64,000 nucleotides of DNA from Isurus oxyrinchus (lineage: Eukaryota). The stretch spans positions 87,358,001 to 87,422,000 of the forward strand of contig JANJGN010000016.1 in assembly GCA_026770705.1 (NCBI GenBank), given 5' to 3'. Numbering within the stretch: position 1 is the stretch's first letter; each line of letters opens with the position of its first letter. Under the pieces are notes generated by a model. It was not told the DNA's origin and searched no databases. It saw nothing but the letters and a program-made list of their open reading frames with translations. The position numbers were made by a program, and so were the translations under genes. Positions 49,301-61,300 of the stretch are shown here, piece after piece.

Positions 49301-52300
49301 CGGGGTGGTGATGCCGGGGTATGGGGTGAGGGTGATGCCGGAGTGCGGGTGGGCGTTGTGGGTGATGCCAGGGGTGGTGGTGTGGGTAATGCCGGGAGTG
49401 GTGGGTGAGTTTAATGCCCCTGTTGGGGGTGTGGGTATTGCTGGGGGTGAGGGGGCAGATGATATCGGGGGTCGGCGTGCTGGGTGATGCCAGGGTTGGG
49501 ATGGTGGGTGATGCCGTGGGTGGGAGAATAGGGGATGCCGGGTGTGGGTGATGCCGAGGGTGAGGGGGTGTGTGATGCCGGCGTTGTGGGCATGGGTGAC
49601 ACCTGGGTTAGCGGGTGGGTGATGCTGGAGGAGGAAGGGTGGTTGATGCCTGGGATGGGGGCCTTGGTGATGCTGGGGGTGAGGGAGTGCGTAATACCAG
49701 AGGTAGGAGTGTGGGTGATGCCGGCAGTGGGGGTTGGGTGATGCCGTGGGTGGGGGTTGGCTGATGCTGGGAGTGGGGTGGTGGGTGATGCCGCGGGTGG
49801 GGGTTGGCTGATGCTGGGGCTGGAGGTGAGGGAAACATGGGTGGGGGGTTGGTTGATGCTGGGGTTGAGGGACTGGGTAATGACGGAGGTGGGGGGGTGG
49901 GTGATGCCGGGGATGGGGGAGTGGGTGGTGCCGGGAGTGAAGGGGTCGTGATACCGGGGTAGGGAGTGTGGGTGTCGTGGGTGTTGCCATGGGTGGGGGA
50001 GTGGTTGCTGCCGCGGTTACGGCGGTGGTGATGCCGGGTGTAGCATGATGGGTGATGCCGCGGGTGGTTGTGGTGGGTGATGCTGGGGGTGGGGGCACGG
50101 ATGTTGCCGTGGGTGGGGTGCCAGGTGATGTCGAGAGTGGGTAATGCCAGGGTTGGGGGCTGCGTGATGCTGGGTGTGGGGGGGTGATTGATTCCGCCGA
50201 TGGGGGAATGGATGGTGGGGTGGGTGAGGGGTGGATGATGCCGGGGGTATGGGGGTGGGATTTGCCCGGGGTGGGGTGGTAGTCGTTGCCGGGGTGGGAG
50301 GGGTGGGTGATGCCATGTGTGGGGGGGGTGGGTGATGCTAGTGTTGAGGTGGTAGGTGATGCCGGTGGTGGAGGGAGTGGTTGATGCCGGGGGTGGAGTG
50401 GTGGGTGATGCCGTGGATGAGGGTTGGGTGATGCTGAGGTTGAGGGAATGGGTAATGCCGGACGTGCGGGGTTGGTGATGCCGGGGTAGGGGGTGTGGGT
50501 GATGCCGGAAGTGGATGTCGGGGTTGTGGGTGATGCTGAGGGTGGTGAGGTGGGTGATGCCAGGAGTGGGTGATACCAGCGTTGGCGGTGTGGGTGTGGC
50601 TGGATGTGGGGGTGGTGGGTGATGCCATGGGTGGGGGAGTGGTTGATGCCAGGGATGCAGTGGTGGTTGATGCCGAATGTAGCGTGATGGGTGATGCAGG
50701 CGGTGGGGTTGGTGGGTGATGCCTGGGGTGGGGGCACGGATGATGCCGTGGGTTGGTGACAGGTGATGCCGAGGGTGGGGGGGTGGGTAATGACTGGGGT
50801 GGGTGTTGCCAGGGTTGGGGAATGCGTGGTGCTGGGTGTGGGTGGGGGGGGTTGATTCCGGAGATGGGGGTGTGGATGGTGGTGCGGGTTGCGGGGGGAT
50901 GTGGATGATGCCGGGGGTATGGAGGTGGGTGATGCCGGGGATGGAAAGGTTGGGTGATGACATGGGTGGCTGATGCCTTGGATGCGGCGGTGGGGGATGC
51001 CGTGGGTGAGGGTGTGGGTGATGCCGGGGGTGAGGGTGTGGTTGATGGAGGGGGGGGTTTGTGAATGATGCCATGGGTGGGGGGGGGTGGTTGATGCCGG
51101 TGGTGGGGGTCTGTGTGATGCAGGGGATGGTGTGGTGGGTGATGCCATGGGTGGGGTGTGGGCGTTGCAGGGGGTAGGGGCGACTGGGTGATGCCATGGG
51201 TGGGGGGGGGGTGATGCCAGGGGTGGAGGAGGTTGTTGATGCCAGGGGAGGGGCAATAGGTGATGTCAGGGGTGGTGTAGAGGGTGATGCCGGGTGTGAG
51301 GGGGGGTGTGATGCCAGGATTGTGGGCATGAGTGATGCCTGGGGTAGGGGTTGGGCGATGCCGGGGGTGTGGGAGTGCGAAATGCCAGAGCTGGGGGTGT
51401 GGGTGATGCCAGGGCTGGGGGCCTGTGTTATGCCAGGGGTGCGGAAGTGGGTAATACCAGAGCTGGGGGTGTGGGTGATGCTGGTGCTAGGGGTTTGGCT
51501 GATGCCGGGGGTGGGGGTGAGGGACCTATGGGTGGGGGGTTGGGTGACGCTAGGGGTGAGGGAGTGGGTAATGCCGGAGGTGAGGGGCTGGGAGATACCG
51601 GGGGTGGGGGAGTGGGTGATGCCGGGCGTGTGGGGATGGTGATGCCGGGGTAGGGTTTGTGGGTGATGCCGGGAGTTGGGTTGGGGTTTGTGGGTGATGC
51701 CGGGGGTGGTGGTGTGGGTGATGTCGGCAGTGGGTAGTGCCATTGTTGGCGGTTTGGGTGTTGCTGGGAGTGGGGTTGGTGGGTGATGGCGGGTTAGTGG
51801 GATGGGTGATGCCTGGAGTGGGGGGTGTGGGTGATGCCACTGTTGGCAGCGTAGGTGTTGCTGGGGGTGAGGTGGGAGGTGATACCGGGGGTCGGGGCGC
51901 TGGGTGATGCCGGGGTTGGGCGAGTGGGTGATGCTGGGGGTGGGGGAATAGGTGAAGTTGGGTGTGGGGGTGGGTGGCTGGTGCCGGTGGTGAGGGGGTG
52001 GGTGATGCTGGGGGTTAGAGGGAGTGTGATGTCTGGGGTAGGGGGAGGGTAATGCTGGGGCTGTGTGGTGGCAGGGTTGGTGGAGTGGGTGTTGCTGGCA
52101 GTAAGGGGGTGGGTGATGCTTGGGGTGGGGGTGGGTAGTGGTGGGTGATGCCAGGGGTGGGTGTTGGCACGGTTGGAGGGGTGGGTGATGACGGGTGTGG
52201 GGAGGCATGTGATGCCGGGGAGGTGGGTTGTTGCATGAAGCTGGGGTTGGGGGTAGTTCGTGTTGCCGGGGTGGTGGGTGTGTGTGATGCAGGGGATGGG

Positions 52301-55300
52301 GGGGTGGGTGATGCCGGAGGTGGTGGGGTGGCTGATGCCTGGAGTGGGGGCTGTGGGTGATGCCAGTGTTGGGGTTGGGATGGTGAGTAATGCCATTGGT
52401 GGGGGCGTGGGTGATGCCGGGGGTGAGTGGATGTGTGATGCCGGGGTTGTGGGCGTGGGTGATGCCTGGGGTAGTGGGTGGGTGATGCAGCGGGTGGGGA
52501 TTGGCTGATGCCGGGGGTGGGGGTTAGAGACCCATGGGTGTGGGTTTGAGTGATGCTGGGGGTCAGGTGTTGGGTGATGCCGGGGTTAGGGGGTGGGTGA
52601 TGTCAACGGTGGAGGGCGTTGGTGATGCTGGGGTTGGGAGAGTGTGTGATGCCAGGTGTGGGAAGGTGGGTGATGCCCGGAGTGGGGGCTGTGGGTGATG
52701 CCGGGGCTGTGTGATGGCAGGGTTGGTGGAGTGGGTGTTGCTGGGGTGAGGGCGCAGGTGATACCAGGGGTGGGGGTTGGAAGATGCTGGGTGTGGGGGG
52801 CTGGTTGATGCCGGGGATGGGGTGTGGATGATGTCGGGGGTGAGGGGGCAGGGGTGTGGGTGATGCATGTGTGCGGGTTGAGTGATGGTGGGTGTGGGGG
52901 GGTGGGTGATGCCGGGAGTGAGGGGGTGGTTGATGCCAGGTGTGAGGCGGGTGGGTGATACCGGTGGTCGGGGTATGGGAGATGCAGGGGTTGGGGGGGT
53001 GGGTGATGCCGGGGTTTTGTGGGGTGGTTGATGCCGGGAGTGAGGATGTGGGTGATGCCGGGGTTAGGGGTGAGGTGATGCCATGTGTTGGGGGGTGGGT
53101 GTTGCAGGGGCTGGGGGGGTGGGTGATTGTGGGGATGGGGGCGTGGCTGATGCCGGTGGTAGGGTGATGATTGATGCCGGGGTTGAGGGGGTGGGTGATG
53201 CCGGGGGGTGGAGGGCGTTGATGATGCCAGTAGTGGGGGACTGGGTGATGCCGGGGGTGGTGGGGTGTGTGATGCCAGGGCTGACGTGATGGGTGTTGCT
53301 GGGATTGAGGGGATGGGTGATGCCAGGGGTGGAGGTGTTGAGTGATGTAGGGGTGAGGTATAGCTGATGTCAGGGGTTGGGGGGTGTTGGTGGTGCCGGG
53401 GTTGAGGGAGTAGGTTATGCTGGGGTGATGGGCATGGCTGATGCCTGGGGTAGGGGAGTGGGTGATGCCGGGTTTGGGATAGTGGTGATGCCGGGTATGG
53501 GGGAATAGATGATGCCAGGGGTGAGAGCGTGGGTGATGCGGGGGGTGAGGGGATGTGTGATGCCGGGGTTGTGGGCATGGGTGACGCCTGGGGCAGGGGG
53601 TGGGTGATGCCGGGGTTCGGGGTTGGTTGGTGCCTGGGATGGGGGCCTGGGTGATGTTGGTGGTGGGGGAGTGGGTAATGCCAGAGGTGGGATTGTGGGT
53701 GATGCCGGTGGTGGGTGTTGGGTGATGCCGCAGGTGGGGATTGGCTGATGCCGGGGGTGGGGGTGAGGGACCCATGGGTGGGGGTTTGAGTGATGCTGGG
53801 GGTCAGGGATTGGGTGATGCCGGGGGTAGGGGGGTGGGTGATGCCATGGGTGGGAGGGTGGCTGATGCCGGGGTTGAGGGGTTGGGTGATGACGAGGGTG
53901 GACGGCGTTGGTGATGCCGGGGATGGGGGAGTGGCTGATGCCAGGGGTGATGTGATTGGTGATGCTGGGGTTGAAGCGGTGGGTGATGCAGGGGGTGGAG
54001 GGGTTGGGTGATGCCGGGGCTGGGGGAATAGGTGATGTCGGGGGTGGGGGGGGTTGGTGATACCAGGGGTGAGGGGCTGTGTGATGCCGGGGTTGCGGGA
54101 GTGGGTGACGCCTGGGGTATGGGGTGGGTGATGCCAGGGGTGGGGGGGCGGTTGATGTCTGGGATGGGGGCCTGAGTGATGCCGGGTGTTGGGGGAGTGG
54201 GTAATGCCTGAGGTGGGATTGGGTAATGCCAAGGGTGGGGGTTGGTGATGCCGGGGGTAGGGGTGAGGGACACATGGTTGTGGGGTTGGATGATGCTGGA
54301 TGTGTGGGAGAGGGTAATGCCGGAGGTGGGGGGCTGGGTGATGCCAGGGTTGGAGATGTGTGGTGATGCCGGGGGGCTGGGGATGTAGGTGATGCCAGGG
54401 TTGGGGGGTTGGGTGATGCTGGGGTTGGGGTGGGGGTTGTGGGTGATGCTGGGAGTTGTGGGGTTGGTTAGCCGGGAGTGGGGCGAGGATTGTTGCCAAT
54501 GTTGGGGGTGTGGGTGTTGCTGGAGGTGAGGGGGTGTGTGATTCCGGGTTTGGGAGTGATAGGTGATGCCAGGTGTGGGGGGGGGGTTGGGTGATGCCAG
54601 GGCTGGTGACGCCACGGTTGATGGTTGTGTGATGCTGGGGATGGTGGGGGGTGTGGATGATGCCGGTTGGATTGGGTGTTTGGTGAAGCCAGGGCTGAGG
54701 AGGTGTGTGATATTGGGGGTGGGCCTGGAGTGGGAGGGTGGGTGATGCTGGGGGTGGGTGATGCCGGGGGTGGGGAGAGTGGTGATGCTGGTTATGGGGT
54801 GGTGGGTAGTACCGGGATGATGGGTGTGGGTGACGCCTGGGGTAGGGGGTGGGTGATGCTGGGGGCCGGGGGGTGGTTTATGCCTGGGATGGGGGCCTGT
54901 GTGATGCCGGGGGTCGGGGAGTGGGTAATGCCAGAGTTGGGGGTGTGGTTGATGCCGGTGCTGGAGGTTGGGTGATCCCGGGGGTGGGGTTTGGCTGATG
55001 CCTGGGATCGGGTGCTGGGTGATGCCGCGGGTGGGGGTTGGCTGATGCCGGGGTTGGGGGATGAGGGACCCATGGGTGGGGGGATGGGTGATGTTGGCGG
55101 TGAGGGAGTGGGTAATGCCGGAGGTGGGGGGGCTGTGTGATGCTGGGGATCGGGGAGTGAGTAATGCCAAAGGTGGGGGTGTTGATGATGCCGGGGGTGG
55201 GGGTAGGGTGATGCTGGGGGTGGGGGAGTGGGTAATGTCAAAGGTGGGGGTGTTGGTGATGCTGGTGCTGGGTGTTGGGTAATGCCATGGGTGGGGTTGG

Positions 55301-58300
55301 CAGATGCCAGGGGTCGGGTGGTGGGTGATACCACACGTGGCAGTTGGCTGATGCTGGGGGTGGGGGATGAGGGCCCATGGGTGAGGGGTTGGGTGATGCC
55401 GGGGTAGGGGGTTGTGGGTGATGCCATGAGTGGGGGTGGGTGTTGTGGGTGATGCCGGGGGTGGTTGATGCCAGTGTTGGCGGTGTAGGCGTTGCTGGGG
55501 GTGAGGGGGCAGGTGATACTGGGTGTGGGGGTGGGGGTGAAGCCGGTGGTTCATGGGGGTGGGTGAAGCCGGTGGTTCGTGGGGGTGGGTGATGCCATTG
55601 TTGGGGGTTGGTTGATGCCGAGGATGGGGTGTGGGTGATGCCGGGGGTGTGGGTGAGTGTGAGGCCTGGGGTAGGGGGGTGGGTGATGCCAGGGTTGTGG
55701 GTTGGGTGATTCCATGTGTGGGAAGGTGGGTGATGCCGTGGGTGGGGGTGTGGGTGATGCTGGGGGTGGAGGAATAGGTGATATCGGGGCGGGGGGTTTG
55801 GTGGTGCCGGGGTTGAGGGGGTGGATGATGACTGGGGTAGGGGAGTGTTTGATGCCGGGGTTGGGATGGTGGGTGATGCCGGGGTGGGGGAATAGGTGAT
55901 GCTGGGGGTTGGGGGGTGGGTGATGCCAGTGGTGAGGGGGTGTGTGATGCCGGGGTTGTGGGCGTGGGTGACGCCTGGGGTAGTGGATGGGTGATGCCGG
56001 GGGTGGGGGGTGGTTGATGCCTGGGATGGGGGCCTGGTTGATGCTGGGGGTGCGGAGGTGGGTACTGCCAGAGGTGGGAGTGTGGATGATGCCGGTGGTG
56101 GGGATTGGGTGATGCCACGGGTGAGTATTGGCTGATACTGGGGGAGGGGGTGAGGGACCCATGGTTGGGGTTGGGTGATGCTGGGGGTGAAGGAGTGGGT
56201 AATGCCGGAGGTGGGGGTTTGGGTGATGTCGGTGGTGGCGGAATGGGTGATGCCGGGCGTGAAGTGGTGGTGATGCCGGTGTAGGGGGTGTGTGTGATGC
56301 TGGGAGTGGTGGTGGCGGTTTTGTGTGATGCCGGGCGTGGTGGGGTGGGTGATGCTGGGAGTGGATGATGCCAGTGTTGGCGGTGTGGGTTTTGCTGGGG
56401 GTGGGGTTGGTGGGTGTTGCCATGGATTAGGGGTGTGTAATGCCGGGGATGGGTGATGCCAGGGGTGGTGGCTGCATGATGCCGGGTGTGGGGTTGGTTG
56501 ATGCCGGAGATGGGCGGGTGGATGATGGCGGTGGTGGGGTGGGGTGTGATGGATTATTTCGGGGGGGCGGTAGAGGGTGGGTAATGCCGGGGCAGGGTGA
56601 TAGCAGGGTTGGTGGTGTCGGTGTTGCTGGCGGTGAGGGGGTGGGTGATGCTGCGTGTGGGGGTGGTGGGTGATGCTGGGGGTGGGTGTTGGCAGGATTG
56701 GAGGGATGGGTGATGATGGGTGTGGATGGGTGTGGGTGGATGACCCTGTGAGTGGGGGGTGTGTGATACTTGTGAGGTGGGGTGTTGGGTGAAGCCAGGG
56801 GTTGGGAGTTGTGTGATGCCGGAAGTGGCTGATGCTTGGGGGTGGGGCGATGGGTAATGACGAGGGTGGAGGGGTGGGTGATGCTGGCGGTGGGGGATGT
56901 GGGTGATGCTGGGGGTAGGGGGGGGGGTGGTGGTGATGCCAGGGGTGAGGGGGGTGATGATATCGGGGGTGGTTGGGTGGGTGATGCCGAGGGTGGTTGG
57001 GGTTGATGCTGGGGGTGAGTGTGTGGGTGATGCCGGGGTTGGTGGTGGGAGTTGTGGGTGATGCCGGGGATGGTGGGGAGGGTGATGTCGGGGGTGGGGG
57101 TGGGGGTTGTGGGTGATGCCGGGGGTGGTGGGGTGGGTGATGCCGGGAGTGGGGGGTTGGGTGATTCCAATGTTGGGGGTGTGGGTGTTGCTGGGGGTGA
57201 GGGGGTGTGTGATGACAGGGGTGGGGGTGATAGTTGATGCCGGGGGTAGGGGGGTTGTGTGTTGCCGGGGGTGGGTGATGCCGCGGTTGAGGGTTGGGTG
57301 ATGCTGGGAATGGGGGGGGGAGTGGGTGATTGTGGAGTCGGGGAGTGGTTGATGCCGGTGGCGTGTTTGGTGAAACCAGGTGTGAGAAGGTGCGTGATAT
57401 TAGGGTGGAGGTGAAGGGTGTTGCCTGGGGTGGAGGGGGTGGGTGATGCTGGGGGTGGGGGATGCCGGGGGTTGGGGGAGGTTGGTGATGCCAGAGTTGG
57501 GTGGGTGGGTGATGCCGGGGGTGGGGGGAGTGGTGAATCTGGGTATGGTGGAGTGGATAATGCCGGTGGTGAGGGGATGGATGATGCCCGGGTTTGGGGG
57601 GGTCAGTGATTCCGGGGCTGGGGCAATGGTTCATGCCATGGTTGGGGGTTGGGTGGTTCCGGCGGTGGGGGGGGGGGGGGGGTTGCGGGTGATGCTGGGG
57701 TTGGGGGGGGGTGGTGATGTCGATGGGGATGGGTTGGGTGATGCCAGGTAAGTGGGGGTGGGTAATGTCGGGGGTGGGTGATGGCAGGGTTGGGGGGGAT
57801 GTGTGATGCTAGAGGTGGGGGTGGGGTGGTTGACTCCGGGAGTGGGGGGTTGGGTGATGCCGGGGGTTGGGATGTTGGGTGAAGCCAGGGGTGACGGGGT
57901 GTGTGATGCCAGGGGTGGTGGTAGTTGCTGTTGCCGGGGGTGGGGGTGTGGGCGATGCCGGGAGGAGGTGATGCCGGGGATTGGGGAGGTTGGTGATGTC
58001 GGGGGTGTGGCGATGAGTCATGACTGTGCGTGGGGGTTGGGTGATGCCGGCGGTGAGGGGTTGGGTGATGCCAGCGGTGGGGTGTGGGGGTTATAGTGTC
58101 AGGGGTGAGAGGTTGGGTGATGCCGCGGGTGGGGGTTGGGTGATGCCTGGGGTGAGGAGGTGAGTGATGCCAGGGATGGTAGGATGGGTGATTCCGGGAG
58201 TGAGAGGGTGGGTGATGCCGGGCTGGAGGTTTGAGTGATGCCGGGGTTGTGGTGCTAGGGGTGGGGATGTGGTGATGGCGGGGTTGGGGGTGGGTGTTGT

Positions 58301-61300
58301 GGGTGATGCCGGGGGTGGTGGGGTCGCGATCCCGGGGTTGGGGGGTGTGGGTGATGCCGGGGTTGGGGGGTGGTGGTTGTTGCCATGGGTTAGGGGGTAT
58401 GTAATGCCGGGGGTGGTTGATTCCAGGGTTGGGAGCTGGGTGATGCCGGGTGTAGGTGGGTGGTTGATGCCGGGAATTGGGGGGGGTGCATGGGTGGCAC
58501 TTTGGTTTGGGGGAATGGTGCCGGGGATGCGGCGGTGGGGGATGCCGGGTGTAGCATGATGGGTGATGCCGGAGGTAGGGGGTGGGGTGTGATGCAGGAG
58601 GTAGGGGGTGGGTAATGCCGGGGGTGGGTGATCCCAGGGTGGGGGGCTGCGTGATGCCGGGTGTGGGGTTGGTTGATGCAGGAGATGGTGGCGGATGTGG
58701 GGTGGGCTGGATGATTCTGGGGTCGGTAGGGGGTGGGTAATGCTGGGGCAGGGTGCTTGCAGATTTGGTGGTGTCGGTGTTGCAGGAGGTGAGGGGGTGG
58801 TTGATGCTAGGTGTGGGGGTGGTGGGTGATGCCGGGAGTGGGTGTTGGCAGGGTTGGAGGGGTGGGTGATGATGGGTTTGGGTGGGGGGGTGGATGACAC
58901 GGGGAGTGGGGGTGCATGTGATGCCGGGGAGGTGGGGTGTTGTGTGAAGCCAGGGGTTGGGGGGGTGTGTGATGCCGGGGGTGGGTGATGCCGGTGACTG
59001 GAGGGTTTGGTGATGCCGGGGGTTGGTGATGCCGGGGTGGGGCGATGGGTAATGGCGAGGGTGGAGAGGTGGGTGATGCTGACGGTGGGGGAGGGTTTGG
59101 TGATGCCGGGGGTGGTGGGGTGTGATGCCGAGGTTGCAGCTGTGGGTGATGCCGGGGAAGGGGGGGGATGGTGATGCCAGGGTTGGTGGTGTGGGTGATG
59201 CCGTGGGTGGGGAGTTTGGTGATGCCAGGGTTGGGGGTGGGGGTTGTGGGTGATGCCCGAGGTGGTGGGGTGGATGGGTGATGCCGGAGTTGGGGGCTGG
59301 TTGGGTGATGCCGGGGTTGGTGGTGTGGATGATGCCGAGGGTGTGGGTGTTGGTGATGCTGGGGTTGAGGGTGGGGTTCTGGATGATGCCGAGGGTGTTG
59401 GGGTGGGTGATGCCGGGAGTGGGGGGTTATGTGATTCCAATGTTGGGGCTGTGGGTGTTGCTGGAGGTGACTGGGTGCGTGATGCCGGGGGTAGGGAGGT
59501 TGTGTAAGGCCGGGGGTGTGTGATGCCACGATTGAGTGGTGGGTGATGCGGGAGTAGGGGAGGGAGTGATGCCGGTGGTGTGTTTGGTGAAGCCAGGGGT
59601 GAGGAGGTGTGTGCTATTTGGGGTGGGGGTGGTGGGTGTTGCCTGGGGTGGGGTCTGGGTGATGCTGGGGGTGGCTGATGCCAGGGGTTGGGGGTGTTGG
59701 TGATGCCAGAGTTGGTGGGGTGGGTGATGCAGGGGTGGGGGGAGTGGGTATGGGGGGGTGGATAATGCCGGTGGTGAGGGGATGGATGAAGCCGGGGTTT
59801 GGGGCGGTTAGTGATTCCGGGGGTGGGGCGATGGTTCATGCCATGGGTGGTGGAGTGGGTGATTCCGTTGGTGGTGGGGGCAGGTGATGCCGGGGTTGGG
59901 GGGGGCGGTGATGTCGTGGGCGCGATGGTGGGTGATGCCGTAGGTGGGGGGGTTGATGCCTGGGGTTGGAGTGGGGCGCTGATGCCGAGGATGATTGGGT
60001 GGGTGATGCCCGGTATGGGGTGTGGGTAATGTCGGGGGTGGGTGATGGCAGGACTGGGGGGGCTGGGTGATGCTGGGGGTGGGGGTGGGGTGGATGACGC
60101 CGGGAGTGGGAGGGTGGGTGATGCGGGGGGTTAGGATGTTGGGTGAAGCCAGGGGTGAGGGGATGTGTGATGCTGGGGGTGGTGGTAGTTGCTGTTGCCT
60201 GGGGTGGTGGTGTGGGCGATGCCGGGGGTTGGTGATGCCGGGGGTGGGGCGATGGGTCATGCCTGAGCGTGGGGGGGTTGGGTGATGCCAGCGGTGGTGG
60301 GGGGGGGGCGGATCGTGGTGTCGGGGAAGAGAAGTTGGATGATGCCTGGGTTGAGGAGGTGGGTGATGCCAGGGGTGGTAGGATGGGTGATTCCGGGAGT
60401 GAGAGGGTGGGTGACGCCGGGCTGGAGGTTTGAGTGATGCCGGGGTTGAGGGTGTTGGTGATGCCGGGGGTGGGGTTGGCAGATGCCAGGGGTCGGGTGG
60501 TGGGTGATACCGCGCATGGCGGTTGGCTGATGCTGGGGGTGGGGGATGAGGGCCCATGGATGGGGGGTTGGTGGATGCTGGCTGTGAGGGAATGGGTAAT
60601 GCCGGAGGTGGTGGTTCTGGCTGATGCCGGGGTTGGGGGAGTGGGTGATGCTGGGGTAGGGGGTTTTGGGTGATGCTGGGGGTGGTTGATGCCACTGTTT
60701 GCGGTGTAGGTGTTGCTGGGGGTGAGGGGGCAGGTGATACCGGGGGTGGGGGTGGGGGTGTGGGTGATGCCGGTGGTTCGTGGGGGTGGGTGATGCCATT
60801 GTTGGGGGAGTGGAAGATTCCGGGTGTGGGGGTTGGTTGATGCCGGGGATGGGGTGTGGGTGATGCCATGGGTGTGGGTTGGGTGATTCCAGCTGTGGGT
60901 AGGTTGATGATGCCGTAGGTGGGGGGGTAGGTGATGCTGGGGGTGGAGGGAAAGGTGATGTCGGGGCGGGGGTTAGGTGGTCCCGGGGGTGAGGTGGTGG
61001 ATAATGCCTGGGCTAGGGGAGTGTTTGATGCTGGGGTTGGAATGGTGGGTGATGCCAGGGTGGGGGAATAGGTGATGCTGGGGGTGGGGGGGTGGTGCGT
61101 AATGCAGGTGGTGAGGGGATGTGTGATGCTGGAATTGTGGGCGTGGGTGACGCCTGGGGTAGTGGGTGGGTGATGCTGGGGGTAGGGGGGTTGTTGATGC
61201 CTGGGCTGGGGGCCTGGTTGATGCCAGGGGTGCGGATGTGGGTACTGCCAGAGGTGGGAGTGTGGATGATGCCGGTGGTGGGTGTTGGGTAAGGGACGCA